In this document: piece by piece, positions 50,225 to 60,111 of the stretch
Numbering within the stretch: position 1 is the first letter of the stretch
How the letters are laid out: every line of letters begins with the position of its first letter
From: Acidobacteriota bacterium
GTDB lineage: Bacteria; Acidobacteriota; UBA890; WLXD01
Direction of reading: 5' to 3'
Assembly (NCBI GenBank): GCA_965205505.1
Contig: CBDBHB010000008.1
Location: 832,001-896,000, forward strand
Length of the DNA stretch: 64,000 bases
Notes under the pieces: model-generated
What the model was told of the DNA's origin: nothing
Databases searched by the model: none
The model's input: only the letters and a program-made list of their open reading frames with translations
Made by a program: the position numbers and the translations under genes

Positions 50225-52567
50225 TTGAGTCGAAGTGTCGCCACCGAGGGCCGGGCAGCGAAGGCGTCCGCTACCGTCGAAGATCGCCAGCTTGCCGGCG
50301 TCGTCATGACCCGCTGCACCGTGCTGATCGGCGCCGCCTATTTGGTGCTCTATGGCAACGGCGAACCGGTGGCGCCGTGGCAACAGATCGCGATGGTGCT
50401 GGTCTTGATGGCCAGCCTCTCTTGCTACGGCATTGCGGTGCGCTCTGGCCGGTGGGAACGCTTGCGCTGGCCGATCACGCTCGCCGATCTTGTCCTCGTG
50501 ACCGTCGCGGTGGCGTTTACTGGTGAAGCGACGAACGACTTCTTCCTGTTCTTCTTCTTGGTGCTGATCATCGCCGGAATCAGCAGCCAGTTCGGCCACA
50601 CCGTGGTCGCCACCATGCTGGTTTGCTCGGTCTACTTCGGCATGATGTATGCCGATCACGGCAGCCTGCTGTTGCGGCAAACTGATCTGCTCATCCGCCT
50701 GCCCTTCCTATTCGGCGTCGGTCTGTTCTTCGGCACGATCTCCGATGAGGCACGTCGTCGGGAGCAACACCGGTACAACCACATCACCGACGTCAACCGC
50801 AAGATGGTGCATCGCTACCATCAGGTGGCGTCGGAGCGAGACCGCACCAGGGCCCTACTGGAAATCGGCCAGCTGGCGCTGTCATCCGGCGATCCGCAAG
50901 GCGTGCTGCGTTCGGTGAACATGAAGCTACGTGAAACGGTGCGCGCCGAGCGGTGTTCGACGCTGATCTTCAATGAGGGAGATCGACACGCCTACCTCGC
51001 CGCCTGTTCCGAGGACGGGGAACAGAGCGTTCAGCTGCTACTGGCTCTGCGGCACTATCCGGAGCTCGAGGAAACACTCTCCACTGGGGAGATCACTGAG
51101 CTGCACGCCAACCAACCCTCGAAGCTCTGGGAGAAAGTGCGCCACCATCTTCCGGCGGCACACCGGTTCCGCAGTTGGTTCGTGGTTCCAGTGATGCACA
51201 GCGAGGTTGTGGTGGGAGCTTTCTTCCTGCGTGATGCCTGTGAGGACTTCACCTTGCAGGAGGAGGAGAGAACTTTCTGCAAGGCCGCCGCCTTGATGGT
51301 GGCCGGCTACTTGCAGGGTTGTGACCTCGTCGAGGAGATGCGACGGCGGACGCGTCTGGACGGACTCACCGGACTTCTCAACTTCTCCACGTTCCGTCAG
51401 GAGCTCGACGAGGCGTTGATCGAGCACGCCAAGAAGGAACACGCGAAACCGCTCTCGCTCGTGATGGTCGATATCGACAACCTCAAGACAATCAACGATC
51501 GTCACGGGCATATGGTCGGCAATCAGGTCATCGGAGAGGTCGGCCAGCGGCTGGCGCGGGCGTTGCCAATGGCCCACTCGATCTGTCGCTATGGCGGCGA
51601 CGAGTTCTTCGCGCTCGTGCCGCTCGACAAGAAGGCCGCCATCGAGCGCGCCGAGCGAGTGTTGATCCTGCTCGAGGAACTGCCTGAAGAGATGCAGTGT
51701 TCCGTACAGGTGTCGATCGGCATCGCGACATTCCCGGAGGACGGCGAGGTGGCCGATAGCTTCATGGACGCAGCAGATCGCGCCATGTACGTCGCCAAGG
51801 GCGAGGGCGGCAATCAGATCCACTCCGCGGGCGTGGGTGACGAGAGCGACGACCGCGTGTACCAGGCAATGATCGCTGTAAACGCGCGGCGGCTGATACC
51901 GGGGGAGGGCAACGCGCTGCGTCAGGTTCTCGACAGCATGCTCCGCAGGGAGGAGCAGGAGCTTGACAGCGCCGCCGTGCAACAATCGCTGCGGGCGCTG
52001 ATGGAAGCGGTGGAGTCCAAGGACAGCTACACGCGCACGCATTCGCTGGAGGTATCCGATCTGACCCGTCGACTCTGCTCGGCGGTCGACCTTACCGAAC
52101 GCGAGGCCCTCGCTGTAGAGGTGGGTGCGCTTGTACACGACATCGGCAAGGTCGGGATCCCCGACGACATCCTGAAGAAGCCCGGGGCTCTAACGACACG
52201 CGAACGCATGCAGATCGAGCAACACCCGGAGATCGGAGCACAGATCCTCAAACCACTTCCAGCGTTGAAGGCCGTCGTCCCCTTGGTGCTACAGCACCAC
52301 GAACGCTGGGATGGTACCGGGTATCCACACGGGCTGGCGGGCACCGATATTCCGGTCGGCTCCCAGATCATCTCGCTCTGCGACGTATGGCACGCGCTGA
52401 CCTCGGACCGCAGCTATCGCCCGGCCTTCTCCCACGAGGTCGCGCGCGACATGATCGCCGATGGCCGCGGCGCCGAGTGGCCCGAGGATCTGGTCGACGC
52501 GTTCTTCGTGATCATCGAAGAGATGCGTGTCGAAAGCAGGCGGAACCGGCGACGCCGTAGCGCCTGA
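50225..52567 (+). CDS. Membrane GAF + GGDEF + HD-GYP c-di-GMP enzyme
   Basis: N-terminal TM segments, GAF-like region, DGLTGL...RYGGDEF, HDIGK...HHERWDGTGYP. Confidence 0.9.
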   Translation: MSRSVATEGRAAKASATVEDRQLAGVVMTRCTVLIGAAYLVLYGNGEPVAPWQQIAMVLVLMASLSCYGIAVRSGRWERLRWPITLADLVLVTVAVAFTGEATNDFFLFFFLVLIIAGISSQFGHTVVATMLVCSVYFGMMYADHGSLLLRQTDLLIRLPFLFGVGLFFGTISDEARRREQHRYNHITDVNRKMVHRYHQVASERDRTRALLEIGQLALSSGDPQGVLRSVNMKLRETVRAERCSTLIFNEGDRHAYLAACSEDGEQSVQLLLALRHYPELEETLSTGEITELHANQPSKLWEKVRHHLPAAHRFRSWFVVPVMHSEVVVGAFFLRDACEDFTLQEEERTFCKAAALMVAGYLQGCDLVEEMRRRTRLDGLTGLLNFSTFRQELDEALIEHAKKEHAKPLSLVMVDIDNLKTINDRHGHMVGNQVIGEVGQRLARALPMAHSICRYGGDEFFALVPLDKKAAIERAERVLILLEELPEEMQCSVQVSIGIATFPEDGEVADSFMDAADRAMYVAKGEGGNQIHSAGVGDESDDRVYQAMIAVNARRLIPGEGNALRQVLDSMLRREEQELDSAAVQQSLRALMEAVESKDSYTRTHSLEVSDLTRRLCSAVDLTEREALAVEVGALVHDIGKVGIPDDILKKPGALTTRERMQIEQHPEIGAQILKPLPALKAVVPLVLQHHERWDGTGYPHGLAGTDIPVGSQIISLCDVWHALTSDRSYRPAFSHEVARDMIADGRGAEWPEDLVDAFFVIIEEMRVESRRNRRRRSA

Positions 52568-52583
52568 GTCGCGGGCTGCTGCC

Positions 52584-53582
52584 TCAGTCGGCCTTGGCGA
52601 GCAGTGCTGCAATCTCACGTCGCACATCGGCCTCGTCGCCACGCTCGTAGCCATAGTGCCGCCAAACGATGCGTCCGTCTTGATCCAGCAGGTAGTTCGT
52701 CGGCGTTGCGATGACGCCATACGAGCCCGCCGAAATCTCCTGTCCGGGATCGAACGCCGCCGGAATGGAGAAGCCGTTGTCGTCGTAGAACTGCCGCGTC
52801 CGCTCGACATCGTTGGAAACATCGATGGCGATGATCGCCAGTCCCTGAGGCGACAGGTCGCGGTAGATGGCGTCCAGGTGAGGGAACTCCTCACGGCACG
52901 CCAGTCAGGTCGGCGACCAGAAGTTCAGTAGCGTCGCCCCGTGAAGCGCCGAGCGTAACTCAACCTCCGGCTGCTGGAGCCCGGGCAGCGAGAAGTCCGG
53001 CGCGGTCAACGCGACGAGATCGCGCCCTTGCCGGAACCACTCCTCGAAACTCGCCGCGCTTGAAGAATCGATCGAGTACGCCCAGCGCAGCGCCTGGTCG
53101 AGTTGCTCGCTGCGATCAGCAACGCTGGCGCGCAGTAGCATCGTGATGCCACCTGCCAGGTCCCCAGCGCTGGCCATCGCCAGCCCCAACTGCAACGGAA
53201 GGGAGCTCTCGATCGGGATGCCCAGAAGGTCTGTTCGGGTGAGCATCAGCGCCCGTTCGAAGGCACTCGCGGCTTCCTCGTTGTCGCCCACAGCGAGATG
53301 CGCTTCGCCCCTGAGCTCATGGACGCGACTAAACATCCTCGCCTCCGGAAACTCGTCGAGAAAGCCCTCTACCAACTCTAGGCGCTCACGGCCATTCACC
53401 GCGGCAATGCGCTCGAGGCGGCGCAGCGCGACCGCGTTGGTCAGCGGTACCCGACTCGCCGAACCCAGGCGAGTGAAGGCCCTGCCGGCCTCTCCGTCGG
53501 TGTCCAGCGGCCGCATCAGATCCCAGTTCTGACAGGCCGAGACGACGATGGCGGCAAGGGCGAACACAATCAGACGGCGCAC
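52584..53582 (-). CDS. TPR + TlpA/thioredoxin-like lipoprotein selenoprotein with a UxxC motif (TGA at 52905-52907)
   Basis: Lipobox VSAC; APDFSL...LLNFWSPT-TGA-LACREEFPHL...YGVIATPTNYLLDQDGRI continues in frame to the TGA at 52584. Confidence 0.88.
52870..52904 (-). promoter_or_regulatory. Candidate SECIS hairpin of the TlpA-like gene
   Basis: TGA + 10 nt + GTGAGG-AGTTC-CCTCAC; lower stem TGGCGT/ACGCCA; loop G at +18. Confidence 0.72.
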
Positions 53583-53758
53583 TCACGGCCTCCGGTAGGC
53601 TAGTGTCCCGACGCAGGACACCAGCTTCGTATAGGAGGATCCTGTAATGCCGCCGGCCAGGATGCAATGCGGCGACCCCCCAACGGCGCGATGACGAGTG
53701 CAAAGTGAGATCGCAACTATCGCTCTTCGGCGCCCGAGCACGCCCTACCCGCCCTCTA

Positions 53759-54220
53759 ATGCAGCATCGGCGCGCCGACGCGCTCTTGAAGCGCATCGAT
53801 CGATGCCTGCTGCAGTTTCCGGAGCTCGACGATCACGCCGTCACGATCGGTATTACGCGTTGCGCCGATGGGATCGCGGTACTCGAGGACATGATCGTTC
53901 GTTTCGATCTGCGCCGCCGCCTGCCCTCGCACTACACAGTGGCTCACGAGCTCACGCACTTGCTGCAGGGACTGGGGTTGGTGCCGCACGGCGAAGTGCA
54001 GTGCGATATTTGGACACTCGCACGCGACCCGCTCTTTCTCGACGAGGAGCCGTGCTACCTACCGCTTCCGGCGCCTCTACGGCAAGACTGGAGTCGTGTC
54101 CGTGAGCGGGTTGCGCTGTTGTGCCGGCGCGCGATTGACAGACGGCCCCACCATCGGACCTATATTCGGTGGCTGCGATCCGAGCTCGAGACGCTCGCCT
54201 CGCGCGGCGCGCAGTCGTAG
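53759..54220 (+). CDS. Hypothetical protein with an HExxH motif (putative metallopeptidase)
   Basis: TVAHELTHLLQ...GEVQCDIW. Confidence 0.65.
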   Translation: MQHRRADALLKRIDRCLLQFPELDDHAVTIGITRCADGIAVLEDMIVRFDLRRRLPSHYTVAHELTHLLQGLGLVPHGEVQCDIWTLARDPLFLDEEPCYLPLPAPLRQDWSRVRERVALLCRRAIDRRPHHRTYIRWLRSELETLASRGAQS

Positions 54221-54678
54221 CAATAGCCGAATACCTGCACGGTGTAGCGAGTAGCGACGAACCGCTGACGCTCGAGGTTCCTTTCCAGCACCTCGTCTAG
54301 CTGCCGATCGAACCATTCGATGATCTTGCCGCAGCCGACGCAGATCATGTGCTCGTGCTGTCGCGCCCCCAGAACATGCTCGTAGTAGTAATGGTCTGTG
54401 CCGAGCCGGACCTTGCGACCTAGTCCGGCCTGTACCAGCAGGTCGAGCGTGCGGTAGATCGTCGCGCGCGACACTGCCGAGCCCGCGGCGCGTAGCCGGA
54501 GGAGAAGCTCCTCCGCTTCCACGTGCGTATCGAGTTGCAGAAACTCGCTGAGCACCTCCTCGCGCTCATGGGTGAACCGGAGCCCCTGCTGACCGAGGTA
54601 GTCGCGGAACGCATCGACGGCTGTCTGCACGGCGCTCGAACGCCCGGCGCGACCACGTCCTGGCTGAATGCGCGCCAT
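54160..54678 (-). CDS. Fur family transcriptional regulator
   Basis: LRFTHERE, VSRATIYRTL, HEHMICVGCG, GYCYDC. Confidence 0.9.
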   Translation of the reverse strand: MARIQPGRGRAGRSSAVQTAVDAFRDYLGQQGLRFTHEREEVLSEFLQLDTHVEAEELLLRLRAAGSAVSRATIYRTLDLLVQAGLGRKVRLGTDHYYYEHVLGARQHEHMICVGCGKIIEWFDRQLDEVLERNLERQRFVATRYTVQVFGYCYDCAPREASVSSSDRSHRI

Positions 54679-55580
54679 CAAAGGCGACCTTTCGCCATCA
54701 GCTCGGCGTATATGTGGAACGCAGCCAGGCCGCGATAGTTGCCCCAGCCCTCGGCCCATTGATCGGCCTCGAAGGGCTCGAGTGGCGTGCCGGATCCATA
54801 GTTGTTCCCCAGCCACTCAAGCAGCAGGGGATCGGCGGAGGGAAAGCAATCCAGCCGACCGTAACCGATGATGGCGGTGAGTTGGGCCCCCAACAAGCCG
54901 ACGCCGTCGTACATCGCCAGTCGATCGACCAACGTCTCCAACGGGGCTCGCGCCAGCCCGATGATGTCCAACTGGCCGCTCATCGCGGCCTGAGCGATTG
55001 TGTGCAGCTGGCGAGCCTGTGCCAGGCTGAAGTCCACCTGGACCATCTCCTCCGGCGTTACCTTGGCAACCACGCGCGGCGTCGGAAAAGCGAAGAACGT
55101 ATCGCCAGCGTACGCTACGCGGTAGCTCACGGCCTCGGCAACCTTGGAGACGCTGGCGCGGAAAAAATGCAGCCCGGGACGACTCGCGACTGCTAGCGTG
55201 ATGGACTCGAACGGGTGCATCCTCTGGGTGGGGCGTAGGCCGTAAAAGTCGGAGGAAAGCCCGTACAGGCCCTGGTCCTTGCGACAGAGCTTGTAGAACG
55301 GGCCCGGATCGAAGCCCATGCCCATCATCCGCGATAACAGCGCTACTACGCCGGGCTCGTCGCGCTCGGTGCCGTTCATCAGGGTGACGATCAACTCCGG
55401 ACGCTGCCCGGTACCCAAGCTACTGACCAGCACGAGGCGCATGCGACCGCTGACGTCGACGAGACGAGTGAAGCGCTTGCCGTCGAAGACATCGACCACC
55501 TCCCCCGCCCCCGGGGACATGAACATCGCGGTCGTCTCGAATCCGAACGGCGCCGACGGTGTCAGCCGAAACTCGTGCAT
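54678..55580 (-). CDS. AlkA/HhH-GPD DNA glycosylase-like protein
   Basis: AFPTP, DGVG helix-hairpin-helix, FPSAD, W..YRG.A. Confidence 0.75.
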   Translation of the reverse strand: MHEFRLTPSAPFGFETTAMFMSPGAGEVVDVFDGKRFTRLVDVSGRMRLVLVSSLGTGQRPELIVTLMNGTERDEPGVVALLSRMMGMGFDPGPFYKLCRKDQGLYGLSSDFYGLRPTQRMHPFESITLAVASRPGLHFFRASVSKVAEAVSYRVAYAGDTFFAFPTPRVVAKVTPEEMVQVDFSLAQARQLHTIAQAAMSGQLDIIGLARAPLETLVDRLAMYDGVGLLGAQLTAIIGYGRLDCFPSADPLLLEWLGNNYGSGTPLEPFEADQWAEGWGNYRGLAAFHIYAELMAKGRL

Positions 55581-55676
55581 CGCCTGCCCCCGTCTGATGA
55601 GCTTCGGCCAGCCATTCGAACCCGCCCCGCGGCGGCTACCGAGCGAGACCTTGCCAGCGCCGACGGCGTCAAACCT

Positions 55677-56015
55677 CTATTCGAAGCTCGCTACCGCTTC
55701 CGCCTCATCGGTATGGCTCTCGAACACGGATATCAGCTGCGTGAACTGCAACAAGTCGCGAATCTTCGCGGTCAGGTTCAGCAGCTTCATCGCGGCGTCT
55801 TGGCTCTGCGCGGTGGTGAAGCTCGCCACCAACTCCCCCACACCGGCGCTGTCCATGTAGCCGACCTTATCCAGGTTGAGCACGATCTTCTTCTCGCCAC
55901 GATCGAGAAGATCACGGATGATCTGGCGAAGCTGAACATCGCCTGAGCCGAGGGTGAGCTTGCCGCTCAGGTCGATGACGACCACCTCGTCGACGCGGCG
56001 CTCGTTGAACTTCAT
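55677..56015 (-). CDS. STAS domain anti-sigma factor antagonist
   Basis: DLSGKL, YMDSAGVGELV phospho-Ser motif. Confidence 0.92.
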   Translation of the reverse strand: MKFNERRVDEVVVIDLSGKLTLGSGDVQLRQIIRDLLDRGEKKIVLNLDKVGYMDSAGVGELVASFTTAQSQDAAMKLLNLTAKIRDLLQFTQLISVFESHTDEAEAVASFE

Positions 56016-56108
56016 TCGTGGATCCTCCGACGCGTGTGGGTGAAGATCGGCAAGACACTAGCGGCAAGGCTAGCTACGCTATCATCGGGTCGTGCAAGGA
56101 GCAAATAG

Positions 56109-57089
56109 TTGACACTAGCCGACGAGAATGTCGCCAGGCTAGAGCCGGACATCGAGCAGATCGCTCCGATCCTCGTCTGGCACTCTAGGGCAGAGGATTA
56201 TCGCAAGGCGCTCATGCAGCGGCTTCCCGGCGTACCTGTGGAAGTGCGCTCCGGCGCCGTCCGAGCGAAACCTTCGGAGGCGCGAGCCTTGCTCACATGG
56301 TCCCCGCCGCCGGGCGCGCTTGGTCAGCTCCAGGCGCTCGAGTGGATTCACGTCATGGGCGCCGGCGTCGACGGCCTGCTCGGCCGCGACGACCTCTCGG
56401 CGGACGTGCAGCTGACCCGGTCGTTGGGGCGCTTCGGAACTCAGATGGCCGAGTACGTGGTCGGGTACCTGCTGCATCAGCTCATCGCCATCGAGGACTA
56501 CCGGCGCGATCAGGATCGCGGCGTGTGGAACGGTCAACCGCGCCCGCTACTCCAGGATTCCCATATCGGAGTGATAGGGCTCGGATCGATCGGGCAGGTC
56601 GTCGCCGAGCGGCTCGCTGCTTTCGGCGCCGAGATCTCGGGAGTGTGTCGCACCGCCCGGCCGGTACCACATGTCCGTCACGTCTACGACGCGCGAAACT
56701 GGCGGCAAATGGTGCCGGCCTGCGACGCGCTGGTGCTAACCCTACCGCTGACGCAGGAGTCGCGCGGCATGATCGACGCCGATGTTCTGGCTCAGATGCG
56801 CCCGGGCGCCGTGTTGATCAACGTCTCGCGAGGCGAGCTCATCGACGAGGAGGCCCTCATACTGGCGCTGCGCGACGGCGTGCTCGGAGCCGCCGTCTTG
56901 GACGTTTTCGAGCACGAGCCGCTGCCCGACGAGAGCCCCTTGTGGACCGAGCCACGGGCGTGGGTTACGCCGCACATAGCCGGCCCCAGTGAGGTCGACT
57001 CGATCGCCACCGAGTTCGCCGACAACTACCGCCGCTTCGTCGAGGGTACGCCGCTAGCCAATCTGGTCGATCGCCAACGCGGTTACTGA
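56109..57089 (+). CDS. D-2-hydroxyacid dehydrogenase
   Basis: GAGVD, GLGSIG, INVSRG, LDVFEHEPL, TPHIAG. Confidence 0.9.
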   Translation: MTLADENVARLEPDIEQIAPILVWHSRAEDYRKALMQRLPGVPVEVRSGAVRAKPSEARALLTWSPPPGALGQLQALEWIHVMGAGVDGLLGRDDLSADVQLTRSLGRFGTQMAEYVVGYLLHQLIAIEDYRRDQDRGVWNGQPRPLLQDSHIGVIGLGSIGQVVAERLAAFGAEISGVCRTARPVPHVRHVYDARNWRQMVPACDALVLTLPLTQESRGMIDADVLAQMRPGAVLINVSRGELIDEEALILALRDGVLGAAVLDVFEHEPLPDESPLWTEPRAWVTPHIAGPSEVDSIATEFADNYRRFVEGTPLANLVDRQRGY

Positions 57090-58273
57090 CGCGCGAGCTC
57101 GTCGATAGTCGTGAGCGCGTGCTCGATCTCAGCGTCCATGGTGTAAAAATGTGGCGCCATGCGAATACCCGCACCCAGCCGATAGTCGACCATTATGCGA
57201 CGCTGCATCAGTTGCTGCGCCACGCGATCGGCGCCGGGAACATCGACGGTGACGTGCCCGCCACGGCGCTCGGTCGACAATGGCGAGTTGACGCGCCAGC
57301 CGCGCTCGCTGGCCTCCTCGATGATCAACTGCGTTTGGCGGCGCGACTTACGTCGCACGCTCGCAAGATCGAGACGACCGATGATATCCAGTCCGGGCAC
57401 CGCGGCCGACAGCGATGGAATGTGGGTCGTGCCGTTCAGAAACCGCCACGCATCGTCTCGGTAGTTCATGTCGTGCGGATCGAAAGCAAACGGCTCGCGC
57501 CGCGCGAACCACCCTGTGAGCGCAGGCTCGAGCTCGGCCATGCGGTCGGCGCGCGTGTATAGGTAGGCCACCCCGGGGCCTCCACAGAGCCACTTGAGCA
57601 CCCCGCCCACCGCAAAGTCGACGTTCATGCCGATGACGTCGATAGGCATGACACCGGCTGACTGATAGATGTCGAGGGCGACGCTCGCTCCAACTTCGTG
57701 GGCGCGGGCAACGATCGCTTCGACGTCCTGCAAGTAGCTACCGCGGAAGATGACGTGCGAGATTGGCACCAGCGCGGTGCGCTCGTCGATCGCAGCGACC
57801 ATCGCCTCTGTAGGCACCTCGAAACCATCCGGCGACGCGACGAGATGCAGCTGCGCTCCGTGGCGCTCGTGGCCACGATACATCTGCACGATCGACGGAA
57901 AGTTGAGCTCGGAGCAAACGATGCGGTTACGCTCTGATGAAAAGTCAAAGCACGACGCCAGCACGGCTGACGCCAACGTAACGTTCTGATGTGTCGACAC
58001 GGTGCCAGGCGGTGCCCCGATAACGTTGCCGATGGCGTTGCCGACCTCCTCTGGCAAGAGCCACCACTCCTCTTCCCAAGCACCCACACCTCGGGTCGCC
58101 CACGTGTCTGCGTAGCCGGCGAGCGCCGCGGGCACCCCGCGCGGCATCGCGCCGAGCGAGTTCGAGATCAGATAGGACGACGATTCGAGGATCGGGAACT
58201 CTTCGCGCCAGGCGAGGAGATCCCCCTCCTCAGCCGCAGACGCTCTCGATGTAGGGGCTTCGATCGAACTCAT
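57083..58273 (-). CDS. Kynureninase-like class V PLP enzyme
   Basis: YLISNSLGAMP, NFPS, DIYQSAG, KWLCGGPG, RRGG, IRMAPHFY. Confidence 0.85.
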   Translation of the reverse strand: MSSIEAPTSRASAAEEGDLLAWREEFPILESSSYLISNSLGAMPRGVPAALAGYADTWATRGVGAWEEEWWLLPEEVGNAIGNVIGAPPGTVSTHQNVTLASAVLASCFDFSSERNRIVCSELNFPSIVQMYRGHERHGAQLHLVASPDGFEVPTEAMVAAIDERTALVPISHVIFRGSYLQDVEAIVARAHEVGASVALDIYQSAGVMPIDVIGMNVDFAVGGVLKWLCGGPGVAYLYTRADRMAELEPALTGWFARREPFAFDPHDMNYRDDAWRFLNGTTHIPSLSAAVPGLDIIGRLDLASVRRKSRRQTQLIIEEASERGWRVNSPLSTERRGGHVTVDVPGADRVAQQLMQRRIMVDYRLGAGIRMAPHFYTMDAEIEHALTTIDELARQ

Positions 58274-58377
58274 TGGGAATCAGACGGGGTTGGCGGGAGC
58301 AGCTAAACTACAGTGCCCGCGAAACAGTCGCCAGCACCCCGTGCGGACCCGAGCCGGGCATAGGACTTCCGGAAGCG

Positions 58378-59217
58378 ATGTCACAGATCCTCCGAATCGG
58401 GCAAAGCGCCGACCCCGACGACGCGTTCATGGCATGGGGGCTGCGCGCCGAGTTGGAGCGACGCGGTCTCGACGCCGAGTTGGAGTTCGCCGACATCGAG
58501 TCGCTGAATCGAGCTACCGAGGATGGTCGCCTCGATCTCAGCGCGATTTCTGTGGGCGCCTACCCGACGTTCGCCGACCGCTATCGGATGTTGCGCTGCG
58601 GGGCCAGCTTCGGCGACGCGTACGGACCACTCGTGGTCGGTACCCGACCTCCGAGCGCGGGCACCGACACACCACTTTCAGGACTCACGGTGGCCATCCC
58701 CGGAGCCTTGACAACCGCCCGGATGCTTCTGCGCAACTACGCCGGCACGACCTATCAGGAGGTCGAGATGCGATTCGACGCCATCCTCGACGCGGTCGTC
58801 GCCGGTGAGGTGGACGCCGGACTGATCATTCACGAAGGGCAGTTGCTGTACGAGCGTATGGGGTTACACGCGCTCTTCGAACCGGCGATGGAGTGGGCCG
58901 AGCGCGAGCAGCTACCGCTACCGCTCGGAGTGGTAGCTATGCGCCGCGATCTTGCCGCACCGGTTCAGGAGGCGGTCGCCGACGCGTTTGCTCATAGCGT
59001 GCACGCCGCATTCCAGCATCCGGAGGCAGCCCTCGACTTCGCCGCAAGCTACGCGCGCGGTCTGGCCCGCGATGACCTCGAGGAGTATGTCTACCGATAC
59101 GTCAATGCGGCAACCCTCGACATGGGTGTAGCCGGGCAACGGGCCATCGAGCGTCTGTTCGAACACGCTCGAGCTGCCGGGCTTCTGGCCACGGTACCGG
59201 CGGTCGACCTCTACTAG
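58378..59217 (+). CDS. mqnD: 1,4-dihydroxy-6-naphthoate synthase
   Basis: SADPDDAFM, DIESLN, FGDAYGP, PGALTTA, IIHEGQ, PLPLG, YVN. Confidence 0.85.
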   Translation: MSQILRIGQSADPDDAFMAWGLRAELERRGLDAELEFADIESLNRATEDGRLDLSAISVGAYPTFADRYRMLRCGASFGDAYGPLVVGTRPPSAGTDTPLSGLTVAIPGALTTARMLLRNYAGTTYQEVEMRFDAILDAVVAGEVDAGLIIHEGQLLYERMGLHALFEPAMEWAEREQLPLPLGVVAMRRDLAAPVQEAVADAFAHSVHAAFQHPEAALDFAASYARGLARDDLEEYVYRYVNAATLDMGVAGQRAIERLFEHARAAGLLATVPAVDLY

Positions 59218-59321
59218 ATGAGATGAGAAGGCCAACCTCCTGAACGCAGTAGCCTGACGGCTCTGCAAACGTTTCTTCAAACGTAACGGGCTCGAAGCCC
59301 AAGGAGGTTGGCCGAGCAAGT

Positions 59322-60111
59322 GTAACGATTGGACTGGACGTAAGCGACCGGTACAGCCGTATGTGCGTGCTCGACAGTAAGGGCAGGGTGATGGAGGAAG
59401 GGCGGGTGAGGACGAGCCCGGAGGGGCTGGCGAGGCGGTTCGGGTGCGAGGAGCCCGCTCGAGTAGTGCTGGAGGTTGGAACGCGCTCGCCGTGGATGAG
59501 TGAGCAGTTGAAGCAACTGGGTCATGAGGTGCTGGTGGCTAACCCGAGGCGGCTGAAGCTGATCTATGGCGAGCACGACAAGACCGACCGGTTGGATGCC
59601 GAGCACCTGGCACGAGTGGGCAGAATGGACCCAAAGCTGCTTAAGACGGTGCAGCATCGAGGCAGACAAGCGCGAGCGGATCTAGCCGTGATTCGGAGCC
59701 GAGATGCTCTGGTAAAGAGGCACGCAGTTGGTGAGCCATGTGCGTGGTGCGGTCAAGTCGGCCGGTTGTCGTATTCCCAGGTGCTCGACGCCGGCGTTCG
59801 CGCGCACCGCGCCAGAGCACATACCGGAGCGGCTCAAGGGAGCGCTCGAGCCGGTGCTTGAAACGATCGCCATGCTGACGGGCAACATCCAGCAATACGA
59901 GCGTCAGATCGCAACGCCGAGATTGCCCCTATGGCGTATGTCGACGCTCCCAGCCTTCCGGGTGACGGCGGGACCGGCCGCCTCCGGCGTCGCGGCGCCT
60001 CGACGATACACCCAGCATCGCCCTCGTCTCGCCGTTGTGCTGCACCGACTGTGGCTGAGTGGAGACGAGTACGAACCGTTGCGCGCACCTGTAGAGGTTT
60101 CAGCAGCATGA
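59322..60111 (+). pseudogene. IS110 transposase: start lost, frameshifted, C-terminal domain largely replaced
   Basis: TIGLDVS...VLEVG...KTDRLDAE (DEDD RuvC-like domain); tail LAVVLHRLW..G..YEP. Confidence 0.88.

Noticed and set aside
5737-53582. Genome-wide reassignment of TGA to a sense codon
   Set aside because: Many conserved genes (frdA, frdB, trkA, SCP2, pabB) end at TGA at the expected length, so readthrough must be site-specific.
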